Source: Bryobacterales bacterium (GTDB lineage: Bacteria; Acidobacteriota; Terriglobia; Bryobacterales; UBA6623). Taken from it: 64,000 bases of DNA. Under the pieces are notes generated by a model. That model worked only from the letters and a program-made list of their open reading frames with translations. It did not search any database and was not told where the DNA came from. The position numbers and the translations under genes were made by a program. Shown here piece after piece: positions 50,137-60,412 of the stretch; position 1 is the first letter of the stretch, and each line of letters begins with the position of its first letter. The stretch lies in contig CBDBKC010000032.1 in NCBI GenBank assembly GCA_965206655.1, positions 276,431 to 340,430 of the forward strand, given 5' to 3'.

Positions 50137-51657
50137 GTGGCGACAAAGGCGCAACTCAAGCGTGAAGTACGGCAGGTCGACGTCGTCGACATCGTCCGGC
50201 GATTTCTCGCCTCTTGCCGCCGCCCGGTTCTTGTCGAGGATGGCGAGAAACCCATCCCGCTCGTCGAAGGCCGCTACAGCCTGGAGCCACGGGGCGTCGG
50301 CTGCCTCCTCCATGCCTGGGGTGAGGAAGGGAACTTGGTCCGGCGGATTGTTCGCGCGGGTAGCGTGGAAAAGGGCCGCCTGGATTTGCGAGCCACCGCC
50401 TTCGGGAAGCGCGACATCCGAATCGCCTTGCTGGACGAGGCCCAGCGCCCGGGCCGGGTCCACCGCCAAGCCGGGCAAGCACGATTCCGCGAGTTTCTCC
50501 GCCGCATTCTCTTCCGCGATTACCGTGACTGGACCCTCGTTCAACTCACCTCCGCCCCGGACCTCGAACACTCCCTCTCGCCCAGTTACGTACGCGGAGT
50601 TCTGCGCCGCGGACACCAGGCGTGGGTCGTGATCGCGGCGCCGCCCGGCGCCTCCGTCACGGCCAATGACCAAATCCTCAGTTTCGGGCTCATCTGGTTT
50701 GATTACCTGCGCGCCCGCGCGGACAACTATGTCCTATCCGGACTCAGGATCTTCGTCCCCCGGGGTCGAGCCCGCACCACCGCGAACCGCTTGGCTTGGC
50801 TCAACCCTCGCGTCTTACGGGCCGAATTAGTTGAGTTCGGGGATGCCGGCAACGTTGAGCGTTTTGATCAACAGGACTACGGCAACCTCGCGACTGAGCT
50901 CAGGCCTTGCTTGCCCGAAACCGTTCCCGAAGAGCCCGTCGCGGGATGGGTGCGGGAACTACTCTCGTTCGAAGGAGTCGACGCCGTCGGTCGCCCCGAT
51001 GGCCTATTGGGCCTGCGCGTTCGTGGTACTGCGTTCGCGACCGCCGGACGCGGCGTGATGACCTATGGACTCGGAAGCCAAACGCCGGTAGGTCCCCAAG
51101 GTGTCGAATCTGTCCGCCGGCTGGCGCGCGAGCTCGCCCGATTCCGCTCAGCCAACCCGGCAGATACCCGCAATCAGCTCTACCGTAACCATCCCGAGAC
51201 GTGGCTCGAATCCCAAGTCCGGCGCAACATCGATCTGATCGACGGCCCGCTGCGCGAGAGGCCGCTCTACGGCCAAGTCCCAACCGTCGCGGGTCCTGAC
51301 CGCGGCATTATCGATCTACTCGGATGCGACCGTCAAGGGCGACTCGCGGTCCTCGAACTCAAAGCCTCCGAGGACATCCATCTGCCGCTCCAGGCTCTCG
51401 ATTACTGGATGCGCGTCAAGTGGCATCTCGACCGTGGCGAGTTCACCGCCAGCGGCTATTTTCCGAACGTCGAATTGGCGACACGTCCGCCCCGGCTCGT
51501 TCTTGTCGCCCCCGCGATGGACTTTCATCCGTCGACGGAGACGATTCTGAAGTACTTCGCGCCCGACGTCGAGGTCGAACGTGTCGGCGTCGGCGCCGAC
51601 TGGCGGCGTGAAGTGCTGGTTGTCTTCCGCCAGAAGGGATCAGCTCGCCTCGCCTAA
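50137..51657 (+). CDS. Hypothetical protein with C-terminal PD-(D/E)xK (NucS-like) nuclease motif; start uncertain (ORF open from 49909)
   Basis: PETWLES...QVP...IDLLGCDRQGRLAVLELK...QALDY. Confidence 0.7.
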   Translation: MATKAQLKREVRQVDVVDIVRRFLASCRRPVLVEDGEKPIPLVEGRYSLEPRGVGCLLHAWGEEGNLVRRIVRAGSVEKGRLDLRATAFGKRDIRIALLDEAQRPGRVHRQAGQARFREFLRRILFRDYRDWTLVQLTSAPDLEHSLSPSYVRGVLRRGHQAWVVIAAPPGASVTANDQILSFGLIWFDYLRARADNYVLSGLRIFVPRGRARTTANRLAWLNPRVLRAELVEFGDAGNVERFDQQDYGNLATELRPCLPETVPEEPVAGWVRELLSFEGVDAVGRPDGLLGLRVRGTAFATAGRGVMTYGLGSQTPVGPQGVESVRRLARELARFRSANPADTRNQLYRNHPETWLESQVRRNIDLIDGPLRERPLYGQVPTVAGPDRGIIDLLGCDRQGRLAVLELKASEDIHLPLQALDYWMRVKWHLDRGEFTASGYFPNVELATRPPRLVLVAPAMDFHPSTETILKYFAPDVEVERVGVGADWRREVLVVFRQKGSARLA

Positions 51658-52540
51658 CCTGAACCACCGAGCCTAAATCTTCTCCCAACCAGCAACCATC
51701 CACGAGCCGAGCCGCGAGAGACAACGAGCGGTCCGGCCCTTCCCCCAGAAGCGATCAACTCGGCTCGCCTAGCCTGAACCACCAAGCCTAAATCCTCTCC
51801 CAACCAGCAACCATCCACCGGCCGACCCGCGAGAGACAACGAGCGGTCCGACCCTTCGCCCAGAAGCGATCAACTCGGTTCGCCCAACCTGAACCACCAA
51901 GCCTAAATCTTCTCCCAACCAACAACCATCCACCAGCCGAGCCGCGAGAGACAACGAGCGGTCCGACCCTTCCCCCAGAAGCGATCAACTCGGCTCGCCT
52001 AGCCTGAACCACCAAGCCTAAATCTTCTCCCAACCAGCAACCATCCACGAGCCGAGCCGCGAGAGACAACGAGCGGTCCGACCCTGCGCCCAGAAGTGAT
52101 CAGCTCGGCTCGCCTAACCTGAACCACCAAGCCTAAATCTTCTCCCAACCAGCAACCATCCACGAGCCGAGCCGGGAGAGAAAACGAGCGGTCCGACCCT
52201 TCGCCCAGAAGTGATCAGCTCGACTCGCCTAACCTGAACCACCGAGCCTAAATCTTCTCCCAACCAACAACCATCCACGAGCCGAGCCGGGAGAGAAAAC
52301 GAGCGGTCCGACCCTTCGCCCAGAAGCGATCAACTCGGCTCGCCTAGCCTGAACCACCGAGCCTAAATCTTCTCCCAACCAGCAACCATCCACGAGCCGA
52401 GCCGCGAGAGAAAACGAGCGGTCCGACCCTTCCGCCAGAAGGGATCAGCTCGCCTCGCCTAACCTGAACCACCAAGCCTAAATCTTCTCCCAACCAACAA
52501 CCATCCACCAGCCGACCCGCGAGAGACAACGAGCGGTCCG
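51624..52540 (+). repeat. Tandem repeat, 8 x 115 bp
   Basis: GCCTAAATC recurs at 51671, 51786, 51901, 52016, 52131, 52246, 52361 and 52476. Confidence 0.97.
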
Positions 52541-52552
52541 GCTCGCCGGTCA

Positions 52553-53488
52553 CTAACCTAACAGCTCTTCAATGATCGCCACGAGATCTTCATAAGGCAA
52601 CTGCCCCGGATGATATTTCCGCACGATTCCGGCGCGGTCAACCAGCACCAAAGTCGGCGTTGTGCTCACCCCAAACTTGACGAAATTCTCTCTATTGACG
52701 GGTGCCGCCATCCCGGAAGGAAGAGGGTATTTCTGTGCGTAGCGGCCTCGGATATAGCTCAGCTCCTCCGCTGCGTCCGCCTCGCGGCCCCGCTCGACAT
52801 ACCCATAAAGGCGCGTCGGCCCTACGATCACCAGACCGCGATCCGCATACTTGCGATGGAGCTGCTCAAGGACAGGCTTCTGCTCCTTGCAGTCACCGCA
52901 CCAGTGCGCCCAGAAGAAGAACAACCCGACCTTTCCCTTGAGCCCCGCCGCGTCGAGCCGCTCGGCCCCAATGAAATCGTCTGCCGCGAGGCTGGGCATG
53001 CGCTTGCCTTCGAGACTCAGCAAGTTGAGATTTTTCTGGATGCGCGTCCGAATCGATGTCCCCGCATACGTCTCGCTCTGCTCGCTCAGGAAGGCGACGG
53101 CTTCGGAACGGCGTCCTTGAGCATCGTAGGTATGCGAGAGTACTTCAATGGCCGCCCCCAGCGCGGTCGGTAGCTGTTTGTCAGCGTCTAGCTTGCGTTT
53201 CTTGAGAGCCGCGACGCTGCCGTCGTAGGCTTCGGTGGCGTACTGCTCGGCCCGATCCCAGTTCTTAACGAAACTCGATCCGCGCGCGAGCCACGATACG
53301 GCTGCCAACCACTCCGCTGACGCCGTGTCATGGGTCTTGCGGCTGTTTTCGATGAGCACGACTGCTTGGTCGTTTTCGTGCGCCCAGGCCATCTTGCGCA
53401 CGGTGTTGGTGAGCTGGTTGGGCGCAAGGTCGGCCGCCGCCACCAGCATCGAAAAGAGCAGCGCCAACAGGGCGAATCGTCGTTTCAT
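52553..53488 (-). CDS. TlpA-family thiol:disulfide oxidoreductase with N-terminal helical domain
   Basis: Signal peptide; FWAHWCGDC; FGVSTTPTLVLVDRAG. Confidence 0.88.
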   Translation of the reverse strand: MKRRFALLALLFSMLVAAADLAPNQLTNTVRKMAWAHENDQAVVLIENSRKTHDTASAEWLAAVSWLARGSSFVKNWDRAEQYATEAYDGSVAALKKRKLDADKQLPTALGAAIEVLSHTYDAQGRRSEAVAFLSEQSETYAGTSIRTRIQKNLNLLSLEGKRMPSLAADDFIGAERLDAAGLKGKVGLFFFWAHWCGDCKEQKPVLEQLHRKYADRGLVIVGPTRLYGYVERGREADAAEELSYIRGRYAQKYPLPSGMAAPVNRENFVKFGVSTTPTLVLVDRAGIVRKYHPGQLPYEDLVAIIEELLG

Positions 53489-53818
53489 GACCAGTACCTC
53501 GTCCGTAGCGTATCACTCCTCTCCCCAGGGAGAATGCAAAACTATACGCCCTGCCTGGCCCAAATCCGTCCGCCGACTCAGACTGCTCCCCGCGACCTCA
53601 TCCCCGAAATGGAGAGAGCATGGGGAGGGAGTTCACAGCGAGCCACCGGCGAGCTGTGAACCAAAATCAAACCCTCCATTGAAAGGAATCCCTCCCCACG
53701 GCAAAGGGAAGTAACACTAGAGTCGCCAAGCCAATCATTAGGTACATGAACAACCTCCGTGTGGGCCTATTCTATTAAGTCGGTCTTTACGCGACTTGTT
53801 CCGATAAACTAAGATCCT

Positions 53819-55222
53819 GTGACCCAACCAAGAACCCTCTTCGCAAAAATCTGGGACAAGCACGTTGTCGCTCACGAGCCCGACAGTCCGGCCGTCCTTT
53901 ATATCGACCTCCACCTCGTCCACGAGGTCACCTCGCCGCAAGCATTCGAAGGCCTTCGCGAGAGAGGGCTGAAAGTTCGCCGCCCCGATCACACGCAAGC
54001 GACGATGGACCACAGTATTCCCACGACCGATAGAACCCTGCCCATCCTCGACCCCATCGCCGCCAAGCAAGTCGATCAGCTCCGCACCAACTGCCACGAG
54101 TTCGGCGTCCCCCTTGCCGACCTCGGTGACGACAACCAAGGCATCGTTCACGTCATCGGACCCGAGATGGGTCTGACGCAACCCGGCATGACCGTCGTGT
54201 GTGGAGACAGCCACACATCGACCCATGGCGCGTTCGGTGCGCTGGCGTTCGGCATCGGCACGACCGAAGTCGAGCACGTCCTCGCCACGCAGTGCCTGCT
54301 TCAGAACAGGCCGAAGACCTGCGAGGTTCGCTTCGAGGGCGCCCTTCCACGTGGAGTCGGCGCAAAAGACCTGATCCTGGCGCTGATCGCCCGCATCGGC
54401 ATCGGCGGAGGCACGGGTCACGTCCTCGAATACACCGGCGAAGCGATCCGCTCACTCTCGATGGAAGGCCGCATGACGGTTTGCAACATGTCGATCGAAG
54501 GCGGTGCGCGGGCCGGCATGATCGCGCCCGACGACATCACGTTCGAATATCTGGCCGGTCGTCCCAAAGCCCCCTATGGCAATGCCTGGGACGATGCCGT
54601 CGGCCGCTGGCGCAAACTGCCCAGCGACGAAGGCGCAAGCTACGACAAACAGGTTTCGATCGACGTCTCGAAGCTCGAGCCGATGATCACCTGGGGCACG
54701 AACCCCGGCATGGGCGTCGCGATCACCCAACCGGTACCTGATCCGGCCACTGCCGGCGTCAACGGTGAATCCATTCGCAAGGCTCTCGACTACATGGCGC
54801 TCGAAGCAGGTAAGCCCCTGCTCGGCCACCCGGTCGACGTCGTCTTCATCGGCAGTTGTACGAACTCGCGCATGTCCGACTTGCGTGAGGCCGCGCAGGT
54901 CATGAAAGGCCGCAAGGTCGACCCGAAGGTACGAGTCCTCGTCGTGCCGGGCTCGGAGAAGATCAAGAAACAGGCCGAGGCTGAGGGACTGCCTGAAGTC
55001 TTCCGCGCCGCGGGCGCTGAGTGGCGCGAGGCCGGTTGCAGCATGTGCATTGCGATGAATGGCGATCAACTCGCTCCCGGCCAGTACTGCGTTAGCACCA
55101 GTAACCGAAACTTTGAAGGCCGCCAGGGCAAGGGCGGACGCACCTTCCTCGCCAGCCCCCTCACAGCGGCCGCCTCGGCCTTGAACGGCGCGATCACCGA
55201 CGTGCGCACGATGCTGACCTAG
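53819..55222 (+). CDS. leuC: 3-isopropylmalate dehydratase large subunit
   Basis: [40 protein letters not shown]. Confidence 0.97.
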   Translation: MTQPRTLFAKIWDKHVVAHEPDSPAVLYIDLHLVHEVTSPQAFEGLRERGLKVRRPDHTQATMDHSIPTTDRTLPILDPIAAKQVDQLRTNCHEFGVPLADLGDDNQGIVHVIGPEMGLTQPGMTVVCGDSHTSTHGAFGALAFGIGTTEVEHVLATQCLLQNRPKTCEVRFEGALPRGVGAKDLILALIARIGIGGGTGHVLEYTGEAIRSLSMEGRMTVCNMSIEGGARAGMIAPDDITFEYLAGRPKAPYGNAWDDAVGRWRKLPSDEGASYDKQVSIDVSKLEPMITWGTNPGMGVAITQPVPDPATAGVNGESIRKALDYMALEAGKPLLGHPVDVVFIGSCTNSRMSDLREAAQVMKGRKVDPKVRVLVVPGSEKIKKQAEAEGLPEVFRAAGAEWREAGCSMCIAMNGDQLAPGQYCVSTSNRNFEGRQGKGGRTFLASPLTAAASALNGAITDVRTMLT

Positions 55223-55244
55223 CATCAAGATCCGGACATTCTTC

Positions 55245-55850
55245 ATGGAACCCATCAACACATTCAAAGGCAAAGCCATCGCGCTGCCCGTCAAAGACAT
55301 TGACACCGATCAGATCATCCCGGCCCGATTCCTCAAGACGATCGACAAGCAGGGCCTCGGTAAGAACCTCTTCAACGACTGGCGTTACCTCGAAGACGGT
55401 AGCCCCAAGCCCGAGTTCCTTCTCAACCAGCCGCGAGCCGAAGGAGCGACAGTCCTTGTCGCCGGCGAAAACTTCGGCTGCGGCAGCTCCCGCGAACACG
55501 CCCCGTGGGCGCTGATGGGATTCGGCTTCCAGGCCGTGATCAGCACTTCGTTCGCCGATATCTTCAAGGGCAATTGCTACAAGAACGGGCTGTTGCCGAT
55601 CGAAGTCGATGAGTCACTTCACACGGAACTCCTCGAATCAGCCGGCGGCGACGAACCCTTCGAACTCGAAGTCGACCTCCCCAATCAACTCGTCCGCCTG
55701 CCCGACGGACGCACGGCAACCTTCCCGATCGACGCCTTCTCGAAGAAATGTCTCACCGAGGGCATCGATCAACTCGGCTATCTCCGCCAACAGGCCCCCG
55801 CTATCGCCGACTACGAAGCCGGCCATCTCGAGCGCGTAAGCACCCTCTAG
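55245..55850 (+). CDS. leuD: 3-isopropylmalate dehydratase small subunit
   Basis: [26 protein letters not shown]. Confidence 0.97.
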   Translation: MEPINTFKGKAIALPVKDIDTDQIIPARFLKTIDKQGLGKNLFNDWRYLEDGSPKPEFLLNQPRAEGATVLVAGENFGCGSSREHAPWALMGFGFQAVISTSFADIFKGNCYKNGLLPIEVDESLHTELLESAGGDEPFELEVDLPNQLVRLPDGRTATFPIDAFSKKCLTEGIDQLGYLRQQAPAIADYEAGHLERVSTL

Positions 55851-56002
55851 CAGTCCGTGGCGGAAGTGGGCGTGGTGAAAAAAGGGGGACTGCCATCCGG
55901 TTTTCGCTTGCCTAAGTGCTTTGTTCCCAATGAGCCTCCGTCGCGAAAACCGGTGGCTGGACCCTTTTTTCTCCGACTCACGGCCGCCGTTTTCCGAGGG
56001 TA

Positions 56003-56377
56003 ATGGTACTTCAGTCCTATTTCAAAAATGAACCCCTCTCGGCCTTGCTTCCCAGCCGCCGGCCCCTCAGAATTGAGTGCATGCCTGGGTGCTTTAGGGA
56101 AGTTCATGGGGTCGGTTCGCAAATGGTTTGTCTCATCTGCGACCAAGCGGACGAATCAGATGAGTTTCGAGCGATGATCGAAGGCGGCGGTGTCTGCATC
56201 GCAAAAGCCTTCACGTCGGCCTACCGCGCCGAGCGCTGGTTGCGCGATCTGTTCGGTCGGATGTTCCGAGGACATCGCTGCGATCTGGGCTGCATGAGAA
56301 TGCCTGAGCACGAGTTCCTCGCCGACCCGCTGGAACTCGAACGTCTCGCCGGCCTGCCCGACCTGCGCAAACGCTAA
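56003..56377 (+). CDS. Hypothetical protein (Cys-containing)
   Basis: 124-aa ORF filling the gap, preceded by GAGG; no motif recognised. Confidence 0.45.
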   Translation: MVLQSYFKNEPLSALLPSRRPLRIECMPGCFREVHGVGSQMVCLICDQADESDEFRAMIEGGGVCIAKAFTSAYRAERWLRDLFGRMFRGHRCDLGCMRMPEHEFLADPLELERLAGLPDLRKR

Positions 56378-56428
56378 CCGGACTTTTCTTCGCGGTGCCG
56401 CCGCTGTCCGTCTGGTAACATCTTCCAG

Positions 56429-57910
56429 ATGCCTACGGACTCAGGCGAAGATGTTCGCGCCAAAGCGTCTCGCTTTTTCCCTCGCTGGGACCAGGCAGAC
56501 CTACCGCAAGCCCCCGCCATCACACTTCGCAGTTGGACCGCGCTGATCGGCCCCGGCGTCCTGATGGTGGGCAGCAATATCGGCGGCGGCGAATGGCTTT
56601 TCGGCCCCATCGTAACGGCTCGCTACGGCGGCCAGTTGATGTGGATCGCCACGCTGAGCATCCTCTTGCAGGTCTTCTACAACCTTTCGATCATGCGCTA
56701 CACCCTGTATACGGGTGAGCCCATCTTCGTCGGCTTCTTCCGTACCAAGCCCGGCCCCAAGTTCTGGGCAGTGGTTTACTTGCTGCTCGACCTCGGAGGC
56801 ATCTGGCCGTACCTTGCATCGAACGCCGCGGTGCCGCTGGCGGCTGTGATCCTCGGACACCTGCCCGGGCCGGAGGACCATTCGTTCGTCCGCACCTTGA
56901 GCTACGTCATCTTTCTTAGCGTGCTAATACCCCTCATCTTCGGGGGCAAGATCTACAACGCCATCGAACGCATCATGGTCGGGAAGCTGGTGCTCGTACT
57001 CGGCTACCTGGGGTTCATCGGTCTGTTCATGGTCAGCCGAGAGACATGGCTCGACATCTTCAGCGGCTTCCTCAAGTTCGGCTCGATACCGGAAGGCGAA
57101 ATCGACTGGGCCACGCTCGCCGCGTTCGCCGCCATCGCCGGGGCGGGCGGGCTGTCGAACATGAATTTTTCGAACTACACACGCGAGAAGGGCTGGGGCA
57201 TGGGATCGCTGGTGGGCGCGATTCCGAGCATGGTCGGCGGCCGCAGCATCCGTTTGTCGCACGTCGGCAAAGTCTTCCCGCTGAGCGAAGGAAATCTGAA
57301 GCGCTGGAAGGGCTGGCTTCTGCACATCGCTCGCGATCAGGTAGCGATCTGGTCGGTGGGCTGCATATTGGGGATGGCGCTGCCGTCTCTGCTGTCGCTC
57401 GAGTTCATCCCCGGCGTGGAGGTTGACGGGCACGCCGCCGCCGCGATGACCGCGCGCGGGGTCGCCGACCGCTCGGGCGAAATCTTCTGGTACCTCACGC
57501 TACTGTGCGGCTTCATCGTGCTCGCCCCGGGCCAGATGTCTGACATCGACGGCGTCGTCCGCCGCTGGACGGACGTAATCTGGACCGGCAGTCGCCGCGC
57601 GCAAAAGCTCGAAGGCCACCAGGTCCGAAACATCTACTACACGATTCTGCTGTGCTACGTCCTCTGGGGACTGATCGCGTTGAGGCTGACGCCCAATCCG
57701 CTGGTGCTGGCGATCGTCACCGGGACGCTGCGCAACATCGGCCTAGGGATCACGTCGCTTCACTCGCTCTACGTCAACCGCACGCTGCTCCCCCGCGAGT
57801 TGCGCCTCCCTTGGTATCTGCAAGTCGGCCTCGTACTAGCGTTCTTTTTCTTCATGGGAATCTCCTCGATCGCCTTCCACCAGAAGTGGACGCAGTTGAT
57901 GGGCGGCTAG
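56429..57910 (+). CDS. Nramp/APC-superfamily membrane transporter
   Basis: IGPGVLMVGSNIGGGEW, RYTLYTGEP, multiple TMs. Confidence 0.8.
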   Translation: MPTDSGEDVRAKASRFFPRWDQADLPQAPAITLRSWTALIGPGVLMVGSNIGGGEWLFGPIVTARYGGQLMWIATLSILLQVFYNLSIMRYTLYTGEPIFVGFFRTKPGPKFWAVVYLLLDLGGIWPYLASNAAVPLAAVILGHLPGPEDHSFVRTLSYVIFLSVLIPLIFGGKIYNAIERIMVGKLVLVLGYLGFIGLFMVSRETWLDIFSGFLKFGSIPEGEIDWATLAAFAAIAGAGGLSNMNFSNYTREKGWGMGSLVGAIPSMVGGRSIRLSHVGKVFPLSEGNLKRWKGWLLHIARDQVAIWSVGCILGMALPSLLSLEFIPGVEVDGHAAAAMTARGVADRSGEIFWYLTLLCGFIVLAPGQMSDIDGVVRRWTDVIWTGSRRAQKLEGHQVRNIYYTILLCYVLWGLIALRLTPNPLVLAIVTGTLRNIGLGITSLHSLYVNRTLLPRELRLPWYLQVGLVLAFFFFMGISSIAFHQKWTQLMGG

Positions 57911-57963
57911 ATCCTCATCCCGGCCACGCAATTGAGATCAACCAGGGGATAGCAGAACAGAAA

Positions 57964-58048
57964 GCTCCAAAGGAGCGACAGAACAAGAGCGCAGGGCGTA
58001 AGCCCTGGGAACGGTATTCGAACACACACTGAGCCCTGAAAGGGCGAC
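57964..58048. repeat. REP-like hairpin cluster downstream of the RAYT
   Basis: GCTCCAAAGGAGC-GAC, CAGGGCGTAAGCCCTG, GCCCTGAAAGGGC-GAC. Confidence 0.7.
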
Positions 58049-58061
58049 ACCACAACCTGCC

Positions 58062-58511
58062 TCAATCCCAAAGATACCTTTCGTCAAACTCAACCTCGTT
58101 CTTCCGCAAGAAAGCTAACAGCTCTTCTTTGAAGCCCCGCGTCCGATGATGCTCTTCCTGGCCCTCGATATATCGATGCACCCCACGCAACTGTGAACGA
58201 CTCACGCTAAACGCTCCGTATCCCGCCTGCCATGCAAACAATTCCACACCCATCTCTCGGCGCATCCATCGCGACGAGTTTGCCTTGATCGTCCGAACAA
58301 GATCAGCGAGGCTCAGCGAAGACGGTAGTTTCACAAGCAGATGGACGTGATCATCGACACCCCCAACAATGTGGGCTCTCCCGCCCTTACGCGCTACGAT
58401 CCCTCCGAGGTAGGCAAATACTTTGGGTCGAATTTCCGCCTTCAGCGAGGCCCTGCGCTCCTTGGTCGAGAAGATAACGTGGACGAGAATGCTGGTCAAG
58501 GTTTGAGGCAT
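58062..58511 (-). CDS. tnpA: REP-associated (IS200-like) Y1 HUH transposase, RAYT-type
   Basis: MPQTL..ILVHVIFSTKER, DHVHLL, KANSS, FAWQAGYGAFSVS, YIEGQEEHH. Confidence 0.88.
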   Translation of the reverse strand: MPQTLTSILVHVIFSTKERRASLKAEIRPKVFAYLGGIVARKGGRAHIVGGVDDHVHLLVKLPSSLSLADLVRTIKANSSRWMRREMGVELFAWQAGYGAFSVSRSQLRGVHRYIEGQEEHHRTRGFKEELLAFLRKNEVEFDERYLWD

Positions 58512-58518
58512 GCTCTCA

Positions 58519-58740
58519 GTGTCGCCGCTTTCGGGTAGCCCAGGGCTACCCGCGCTGCCAGGCGCGGAAACCGCCACGGCTTGCGATCTTCCAAAAAGGG
58601 GAACCACACCTGCTAATCTGGAACGCGTAACGAAAACCCGTGCCGGAAACACCAACTCCCGCTGGCCCCAAGTAGCAGTACGACATCGTGCATCCCGGCC
58701 CCGGAGGGCCCAGGAAATCAGCGCACGGCTTCAGCCGTGA
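58519..58740. repeat. REP-like hairpins upstream of the RAYT
   Basis: GGGTAGCCCAGGGCTACCC, GGCCCCGGAGGGCC, CACGGCTTCAGCCGTG. Confidence 0.55.
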
Positions 58741-59025
58741 GATTTCCGGCCCTATACACGCCCCGCCGTGGAACGGGCGCCGGGGCGGTACTCTTGTGGC
58801 CGTCGGGCGGGGTTCGTCTCGTCAGGCGCCGCCGACGGACGACTACCCCACAGCGTGATGACACCCAAAAGGCTGAGTAAACCAAGTGTAAGCCGCTTTT
58901 TCACGAGAAGTTTCACGCGGGGAATGGGTTCCATTCTACTGCACCCCGGCGCGCTGAGTAGGAACCCGGAAAGGTAGCTATAATCGGGAACTCCCCGCTC
59001 GAATTGAGTGGCACAACAGAGTCTG

Positions 59026-60228
59026 ATGCCTACAGAGTCCGCAAAGCCCGCGACCATTCTCGTTGTCGATGACGACGAGATGATCCTCTCTACGCTCAGG
59101 AGCCTATTCCTTCTCGAAACAGACTATGAAGTCGTAACTCATTCCGATCCCGCGGCGGCGCTCGCCGAGGCCCAAGGGCGGCCGCTGCAGCTTGTCATTT
59201 CCGACTTTCTCATGCCGGGCATGAACGGCGTGCAATTCCTCGCGCAATTGAAAGAGTTGCAACCCGAGGCAACACGCATTCTTCTCACCGGGTTTGCCGA
59301 CAAAGAGAGCGCCATCCGGGCTATCAACGAAGTCGGTCTTTACCAATACATCGAAAAACCCTGGGACAACGAAAGTCTGCTGCTGGCTGTTCGCAATGCG
59401 TTGGCGGAACACGGCCTGCGTCGGCAACTCAGAGACAAGGTCGATGAACTCGACAGTCTGATCCGGGATCACCGCGATCTCTCGGACCGCCACCGTTCCA
59501 TCGAGCAGGAACTGGCTATGGCCGCGAAGATTCAACGAAGCCTGCTGCCGGACAAGCTGCCCGCATCGAACGGCTTCCGGTGCGCGGGTTTCTATCATCC
59601 GAGTACCGCGGTGGGCGGCGACTACTATGACTGCGTCCGGCGGCCCGACGCCGACATCATCCTCGTGTCGGACATCAGCGGCCACGGCGTGCAGGCGGCG
59701 CTCACTTCGATGCTGCTGAAAGCCATCTTCCAAGAGCAGGCAATACACGCCGACGACGCCGAGGGCCTGCTCAGTGAGATGAATCAGCGGCTGCACCAGT
59801 TCCTTCCGTCGAGTATGTTCGCCTGTACGGCCATCGCGTGGATGGCGAGGGATTCGGATCTACGCCTGACCAACGCCGGACTTCCTTTCCCATGGCTGCT
59901 GCGCAAAGCAACCGAAAGGCCGGATGAGTTGCCCCTCAGCGGTATGCCGCTCGGCCTCTTCCCCGAGGCGCCGCCCAACAGCTACGATTCGCGCAGCTTG
60001 AACATGGAACCCGGGGATCTGCTGCTGATCGCGACCGATGGCTTGGGCGAGATTCGCGGAAAGGATCAGCGCTTCTTTCAGGACGGAGAATTCAAAAAGG
60101 CGCTCACCGAGATCGAAGGCGCCGGCGGCGAAGAACTGATCGAACACCTGATGAACCGGGCCCGTGCTTTTCAGGGCGGCGATTCGTATGACGACGACGT
60201 TAGCATCGTCACTATCACACGCGAATGA
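59026..60228 (+). CDS. Response regulator fused to PP2C/SpoIIE (RsbU-like) phosphatase
   Basis: REC VVDDD/SDFLMP/KPW; VGGDYYD, DISGHG, TDGL, DDVS. Confidence 0.9.
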   Translation: MPTESAKPATILVVDDDEMILSTLRSLFLLETDYEVVTHSDPAAALAEAQGRPLQLVISDFLMPGMNGVQFLAQLKELQPEATRILLTGFADKESAIRAINEVGLYQYIEKPWDNESLLLAVRNALAEHGLRRQLRDKVDELDSLIRDHRDLSDRHRSIEQELAMAAKIQRSLLPDKLPASNGFRCAGFYHPSTAVGGDYYDCVRRPDADIILVSDISGHGVQAALTSMLLKAIFQEQAIHADDAEGLLSEMNQRLHQFLPSSMFACTAIAWMARDSDLRLTNAGLPFPWLLRKATERPDELPLSGMPLGLFPEAPPNSYDSRSLNMEPGDLLLIATDGLGEIRGKDQRFFQDGEFKKALTEIEGAGGEELIEHLMNRARAFQGGDSYDDDVSIVTITRE

Positions 60229-60289
60229 TTCGGCACACGCGAGTGATACCGGCACACGCGAATGATCCGGCACACGCAAGCGATTTTGG
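60216..60289 (+). repeat. Short tandem repeat, 4 x 18-19 bp
   Basis: CACACGCGAATGATTCGG and variants; the first unit contains the last codons and TGA of the phosphatase gene. Confidence 0.85.
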
Positions 60290-60412
60290 TCCGCGTTCCT
60301 TGCCCCGGCCGGTCCGAAGTACGTCTCCGCGTCCGGGTTTGACGGGTTCGTAACGGGCCGATACGATGAGAACTCCCCTTCCGTTGGCTTGTTTTTCCTT
60401 TGAGGCGGGTTC

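Noticed and set aside
51624-52540. CRISPR array (also considered for 35041-35437)
   Set aside because: Whole units repeat with no unique spacers, and there are no cas genes in the window.
53746-53778. Leucine attenuator leader peptide (MNNLRVGLFY) before leuC
   Set aside because: No Leu run and no terminator hairpin with a U-tract downstream.
58752-59057. 101-aa minus-strand ORF with a hydrophobic stretch
   Set aside because: Overlaps the phosphatase start and has no recognisable motif; at most a gene remnant.
60290-60412. trp attenuator or T-box upstream of trpC
   Set aside because: No Trp-codon leader peptide or T-box motif visible.
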